Part shown: positions 59,182 to 64,000 of the stretch, piece by piece | Numbering within the stretch: the first letter of the stretch is position 1 | Layout of the letters: each line of letters starts with the position of its first letter | NCBI GenBank assembly: GCA_039794085.1 | Contig: JBDIWC010000006.1 | Location: 1 to 64,000, forward strand | Reading direction: 5' to 3' | Source of the DNA: Gemmatimonadales bacterium | GTDB taxonomy: Bacteria > Gemmatimonadota > Gemmatimonadetes > Gemmatimonadales > GWC2-71-9 | Length of the DNA: 64,000 nucleotides | The notes under the pieces: model-generated | What the model saw: the letters and a program-made list of their open reading frames with translations, nothing else | Told to the model about the DNA's origin: nothing | Databases searched by the model: none | Made by a program: the position numbers and the translations under genes

Positions 59182-62100
59182 TCATGCCATTCCCCGCGGC
59201 AGGAGGTTTGCCGCCTGAATCCGATCCAGAACGACGTGACGCATCACGGAGCGAACCCGATAGGCCACTCCCGGGACCACGCGGACCCCGGCCTCGGCAC
59301 GGAGAGTGTCGGTTGCATCCTCGGCCAGGTGGGGCTCCAGCAGGCGCAAGGCCAGAAGATGTTCCAGTGCCTGCCGGGCTCGCTCCTCGCTGAGGCGGAA
59401 GATGGCCGCGTGCTCGGCCACCGTCAGCGTCGCGTGCATGAGCAGCGCCCGGAGGGTCATCGTACTCACCAGGGGGAGGGAGTCGAGAAAGCGATAGTCG
59501 AGCCGGTCGATCGGCCGGAGCGTCACTCGGCCCCCCGGCTGCCCCTCTCCGCCTCCTTCCTCAAACCTGGCGGAGCGGAGCCAATACAGAAGGGCCTGCC
59601 CGATGTCCCCTTCGGTGGCCCGGGCCATCCGATCGATGTAGAGCGAGCGCAGAAGACGATCACGGGCCTCCGCCGTTCGCACCCGGGCCAGTCTCTGCCG
59701 CAGAAGGAACCCCGGGAGGTCGGGAGGAAGCACCTGAAGCGCGAGTCCGCTCCATTCATGGCGTGTCAGGAGGGCTTGTTCCAATTCTCTCCGGCCCAGG
59801 GGATCGAGGTGAATGTGGCGAAACGCACGCAACGCCTCGGCGAGTTCGGCACGCACCACCGGCCCCGCCACACCATTGATCGACAGGATCCAGTGCACCC
59901 TGCTGTCGGAACGGGTACAGAACCCCAGGAACGCCTCCATCAGCCATGCCCCCTCCGGCACGTGGAGAAAAAGGTACTCGATATCGTCCACGATCACGAC
60001 GCCACCACTTCGCGGTTCGTCCGAGAGAAGAGCCCTTTCAAGATCCGCGAGCGTGGAGGCACCCGAGTGACCGAGGACCGCGCCGAGAGCTTCCGCGAGG
60101 ACCGCCTCCGAGGACATCCGCGTGGACAGGGTCATCCACCGGACGGGGACACTCTCGATCTCCTCGGACACAACCGAGAGGAAGCTGGTTCGTCCCCCGC
60201 CGGGAAGCGCCTCGACGAGGACAGATCCGGCGGGGTGACCCCGGCCCCACCGGCTGATGTGATCTCCGACCAGTTCCAGCGGCGCATCCCTCCCGGCGAG
60301 AAGTTGCCGTCGTTCGAGGGGGCCCTCCCCGAAGAGGCGGCGGTACACCATGGGGAAGGTGGCCCGGTGTGCGGCCACCTCCTCCAGCGAATCGACGGTG
60401 GACAGCCATTGCGCCTCGGTGGGCCGGGCCACACCGACCGCCGCCTGTCCCCGCGAGAGCAACTGGCGGACTCGGGCGACGACCGCCACCATCCGTGGCT
60501 GCAGATCGTCCCATGCATGCCGAGCGGCATGCCGCCCGAGGTACCATCGACGCTGAATGGCCCGCACGGCTGACGCCCCGAGGCCCTGCCAGGATCGTTG
60601 GTTGGCCGCGGCCCGGTTCACGCGTCGCTGGAAGTCGGTCCAATCCTCATGGAGGGCCTCCCAGACAGACCGGGCGAGATCCCCCCAAGCCGGCTGCAGA
60701 CCCTCCACCGCGCGGGTCATGGTGTCGGTGGCTCGGGCCAGGCCGTCGCAGGCCACCGTGAGGGCACGGGTCGAGGGGCCTTCCTCTCCTTCACCGGGGG
60801 AGTCGTCGGGACCCTCCCGGAGAGCCTCCCGAGCCGCATCCAGCGCATACTCGACGATGTGAGGCACCTGGTGGACCATCGCCCAGGCCTTGATGACCCG
60901 CTCCCGGTACCGGGGAACGGCACGACCCAATACCACCGGGAGGGGGGGCTGGAAGGCTTCGCGGGCGGCATCCCGGGGGCTCCAGGGCACCGGCAGCGCC
61001 GCGGGATCGATGTCCCCGGATCCCGCCGCGAGGGTCGTGGGAAGGACTTCGTCAGGGAGCTGGGCGATCAGCGCCTCGATCTGCCGAGCTTCGCGAGACC
61101 CCAGATGATCGAGGGCCTTTTCCGCCCGGCTGACACCGGCCAGATCAATCAGCCGTTCGGTTTCCTCCGCCTGAGCCGCTGCCTGCGCGAGTGCCTGTTT
61201 CAGTACTCCCTCCGCCTCCGGGTCTGGTTCGGACAATCGGCTCCGCACGTTCCGGAGTTCGTCTGCCAGCCGATCCACCACCTCCGCCAGGGGTTGGAGG
61301 GTCTGGCCCCGCAGCCGGGTGAGCAACTGGTTCTCGAGTTCAGTGATTTCACGCCGAAAGCGCACTCGGGCCATCAGGGCCCGGAGTTCCCTCTCCCCGC
61401 GGGTGGCCCACTGATCCCATTCCCGACCCCGGATCTCCAGGCGGTCGCCCCAGACAGGGGGCCGGTCACCGGGACGCCAGGCGCGAGGAAGGAGGGGTGT
61501 ACCGGCCAGGAGCAGCGACCGACGGAAGATCTCCGCGGCGTCCGTGGTGGACAGGGCCGGCGGGGGCGCCACGGCAGCCAGATCTTGCAGGGTCCGATGG
61601 AACTGCGCGATCGCCTCCCGTGTCTCCGCCGACTCCATGTCGGGAATCACCCGGTCCTCCTCCGCCCCGGGAGTGCCCTCGGGAAGATGGAGGCCAGGCG
61701 TGTCGTGGGCCTGGTCGAGGAGGAGAACCGCCTCCATCAGGGTGGTGGCCGCACGCACCATCTGAACCCAGGGCCGTCCCCACAGCACCTGCATCTCTTC
61801 GTGACGCAAAAAGTGCCGGGCGCCGAGCCGCTCGTCGACATGCGCGTGCCAGTAGCCTCGGATGTCGACATCCCGCTGGCACTCACCCTCCGGCGTCCGC
61901 CCCCACAGGCCTCGCAGGGCGTTGGCCATGGTGCCCAGCCGACGGCGGATCCGGACTCCCCGCTTGAGCCACCGTACTCTCGGGGGGTCATCGGGGAGCG
62001 GGTCGTAAAACTCCGGGGGATCACAGGCCGCCAGAACCGCGGAGTGCACGGAGGCCGCTTCCCGGAGCGACCGACGGAGGTCCCGCAGGGAGGTCCGGAT

Positions 62101-62403
62101 CCGGTCGGCCGGCCGAGTGTGCTCCATGACCTCACGCAGCGGGTCCAGGGTCCCGTCGATCACCGCGTCACGATAGGCCACGACGCCACGCCAGGTCATC
62201 GGGCCGGACTCGAGGAGGATCCGGCTCGCCGTCTCATGAGCCATGGTGGCCGATCGTGCGGCCGTGGCCAGGGCCTGAATGACCCGGGTCTCCAGCATCG
62301 CCTCCCACTCCGCCGTTTCCCGGTCGGCCCGGTCGAGGAGGGCATCTCCGAGTGCGCCGACCTCGTCGTCCGACAGGAGCGTGGTCTCGGAGTCCGTTGT
62401 CAT
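59182..62403 (-). CDS. Large helical protein with C-terminal STAND/AAA-like P-loop domain
   Basis: LAGRDAPL pre-Walker motif, ALPGGGRTS degenerate Walker A, VVIVDD Walker B, winged-helix-like tail. Confidence 0.7.
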   Translation of the reverse strand: MTTDSETTLLSDDEVGALGDALLDRADRETAEWEAMLETRVIQALATAARSATMAHETASRILLESGPMTWRGVVAYRDAVIDGTLDPLREVMEHTRPADRIRTSLRDLRRSLREAASVHSAVLAACDPPEFYDPLPDDPPRVRWLKRGVRIRRRLGTMANALRGLWGRTPEGECQRDVDIRGYWHAHVDERLGARHFLRHEEMQVLWGRPWVQMVRAATTLMEAVLLLDQAHDTPGLHLPEGTPGAEEDRVIPDMESAETREAIAQFHRTLQDLAAVAPPPALSTTDAAEIFRRSLLLAGTPLLPRAWRPGDRPPVWGDRLEIRGREWDQWATRGERELRALMARVRFRREITELENQLLTRLRGQTLQPLAEVVDRLADELRNVRSRLSEPDPEAEGVLKQALAQAAAQAEETERLIDLAGVSRAEKALDHLGSREARQIEALIAQLPDEVLPTTLAAGSGDIDPAALPVPWSPRDAAREAFQPPLPVVLGRAVPRYRERVIKAWAMVHQVPHIVEYALDAAREALREGPDDSPGEGEEGPSTRALTVACDGLARATDTMTRAVEGLQPAWGDLARSVWEALHEDWTDFQRRVNRAAANQRSWQGLGASAVRAIQRRWYLGRHAARHAWDDLQPRMVAVVARVRQLLSRGQAAVGVARPTEAQWLSTVDSLEEVAAHRATFPMVYRRLFGEGPLERRQLLAGRDAPLELVGDHISRWGRGHPAGSVLVEALPGGGRTSFLSVVSEEIESVPVRWMTLSTRMSSEAVLAEALGAVLGHSGASTLADLERALLSDEPRSGGVVIVDDIEYLFLHVPEGAWLMEAFLGFCTRSDSRVHWILSINGVAGPVVRAELAEALRAFRHIHLDPLGRRELEQALLTRHEWSGLALQVLPPDLPGFLLRQRLARVRTAEARDRLLRSLYIDRMARATEGDIGQALLYWLRSARFEEGGGEGQPGGRVTLRPIDRLDYRFLDSLPLVSTMTLRALLMHATLTVAEHAAIFRLSEERARQALEHLLALRLLEPHLAEDATDTLRAEAGVRVVPGVAYRVRSVMRHVVLDRIQAANLLPRGMA

Positions 62404-63605
62404 GGGCTCACCGGAGGGTTCGCCGGGGATGGTGTCACCAGGCGGACAGGAAATCCCACGGGAATCATCCCGCGGCGCAGGTATTCCATCTTGGCGGTTT
62501 CGGTGACGTCGCTGGCGAAGACGAACTCATGCCGGGTGTCGATCACGTAGGCCTTGACGCGAATCACCGTGAGGAACACCTCCCGAAACTCATCCTTGAC
62601 CAGCACCACGATGGGCTTGTCGAGGTGAGTGTACTTCGACATGGCGGCCGCACTGTGGGCGATCTCGCGCGCCTCCCGGGGATCGACCCACCCCGGCAGG
62701 TACAGGTCCACCACCACCTGACAGTCGAGCGCCCCGGTGTTGGCATTGGCCACATGTGCCTCGACCACGGCGCCATTCGGCACGGAGACCAGGCTGTCAT
62801 CCGGGGTCTGGAGCCGGGTGGCCCGCAGACCGATGCTCATCACCTCACCGTAGGTTTCTCCGACACGGACCTTGTCCCCGACCTGGAACGGCTGGTCAAA
62901 GATGATGATGAGCCCCCCCAGGAAATCCTTCAGTACCCCCTGGGAGGCGAAACCGACACCCACTCCCACGGCGGCCCCCACCGCCAGGAGTCCGCTCTGA
63001 TCCAGGTCGTACACCACGGCCACGATCAGCCAGGTGGCGAAGGTGTAGATCACGAGCCGGGCCACCGGCAGGAACCGCATGTAGTACAGGCGGCGCTTGG
63101 CGCTCCGTTCCGCGAGCCCGGTCAGCAACCAGCTGAGGAGACGGATCAGGATCCAGGCCAGCCCGAGGACCACCACGGCCCAGATGGTTCTCATCCCGTA
63201 ACGGCGTACCCCGGCAATCGCTTCGGATGCACTGGGCGCCCCGGTGCCGGTGTCCGCCGCAACTTCGGCGAGTGCCTGCTGTGCACGGGCCGCGACAGAC
63301 TCGGACAACAGCACGACCGTCGTCCCCAGGCGACTGATCTCCTGACGGAGACTGTCCAGGGTGCTGCGAGGTACCACCACCGTGTCGGATGACGCGGTCA
63401 GAGTGTCGGGGGGCGTGGACGTGGTGTCGGAAGGCGGGCGTTGCGTGGACGAATCCTGCTCACCGAGCCCGGACCCCGCCCCCGGGTCGGGAGAGGTGAC
63501 GGCGACGGTGTCCCCCCCGAGAGCGGGAGGGGTGCTCTCGGAGCCGCGGCAGGCGGGTGTCCCCACCACGAACAGACAGACCGACACCAACCGGATCAGG
63601 GACAT
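62400..63605 (-). CDS. mscS: MscS-family channel with exported N-terminal extension
   Basis: AAVGVGVGFA, PFQVGDKV, IGLRAT...VPN; N-terminal signal-like segment with PAC and a Ser/Thr-rich linker. Confidence 0.9.
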   Translation of the reverse strand: MSLIRLVSVCLFVVGTPACRGSESTPPALGGDTVAVTSPDPGAGSGLGEQDSSTQRPPSDTTSTPPDTLTASSDTVVVPRSTLDSLRQEISRLGTTVVLLSESVAARAQQALAEVAADTGTGAPSASEAIAGVRRYGMRTIWAVVVLGLAWILIRLLSWLLTGLAERSAKRRLYYMRFLPVARLVIYTFATWLIVAVVYDLDQSGLLAVGAAVGVGVGFASQGVLKDFLGGLIIIFDQPFQVGDKVRVGETYGEVMSIGLRATRLQTPDDSLVSVPNGAVVEAHVANANTGALDCQVVVDLYLPGWVDPREAREIAHSAAAMSKYTHLDKPIVVLVKDEFREVFLTVIRVKAYVIDTRHEFVFASDVTETAKMEYLRRGMIPVGFPVRLVTPSPANPPVSP

Positions 63606-63679
63606 GGCCAGGATAACTCCCCGGAGAGTGGGAATGGGGCTTCGGAGAATATACTCCGACCCTGGATGGGCGCTCTCGC

Positions 63680-64000
63680 TCAGGGTCGAACCGGGAATCC
63701 CCTCTCGCGGAGGTGCGCACGGGCCTCGGGCAGGGAGCTACCCTGGTCGTGGAAGATGGTCGCCGCCAGAACGGCGTGGGCCCCGGCCGTCAACGCTTCG
63801 GCGAGATGCTCGAGGGTTCCCGCCCCTCCGGACGCCACCACCGGGATGCGCACCGTCTGAGCGGCACGCGCGAGCAGTTCGAGATCATACCCCCGCCCCG
63901 TTCCGTCCCGGTCCATCGACGTCAACAGGATCTCGCCAGCGCCCCGGGCCTCGGCCTCCCGAATCCAGTCGAGGCCGTCGCGGTGGGTCGGCTCCTTCCC
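63680..64000 (-). CDS. hisF: Imidazole glycerol phosphate synthase cyclase subunit (partial, 3' end)
   Basis: GAGEILLTSMDRDGT..GYD, PVVASGGAG and LAATIFH. Confidence 0.95.
   Translation of the reverse strand, partial: GKEPTHRDGLDWIREAEARGAGEILLTSMDRDGTGRGYDLELLARAAQTVRIPVVASGGAGTLEHLAEALTAGAHAVLAATIFHDQGSSLPEARAHLRERGFPVRP

Noticed and set aside
60598..62550. 650-aa and 797-aa (58180-60573) plus-strand ORFs
   Set aside because: Shadows of the minus-strand mscS / NTPase operon, which has recognisable motifs and coupled junctions

Overview
GC-rich bacterial chromosome segment; the gene content (expanded Ser/Thr kinase-TolB/PD40 receptors, Uma2 paralogues, TonB receptor) suggests Gemmatimonadota, which is an inference. 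The first ~25 kb is a plastic region. It holds three intact, one decayed and one truncated membrane Ser/Thr kinase-beta-propeller genes, interleaved with about ten toxin-antitoxin-type modules: six intact PIN/VapC pairs, one DUF6036 nucleotidyltransferase pair and three orphan or decayed remnants. Single exported-enzyme genes sit between the modules. Three kinase copies share a conserved promoter with a TGACA-N6-TGACA direct repeat over the predicted start site, two other kinase ORFs are ATGA-coupled to an upstream toxin-like gene, and most TA and Uma2 genes have leaderless-type promoters. The middle carries a PBP-like gene, pirin, an M24 peptidase, three Uma2 nucleases, an aldolase/SDR, a permease, tyrosine phenol-lyase and nested REP-like repeats. 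The right part is more core-like: dnaK (sigma54-type promoter), degP, tRNA-Leu, tig-clpP-clpX-yihA, an internally deleted IS200 element, a TonB receptor plus beta-helix lipoprotein, and an mscS / large STAND-like NTPase / mscS / methyltransferase operon downstream of hisF. No CRISPR array, integrase or reverse transcriptase was seen.
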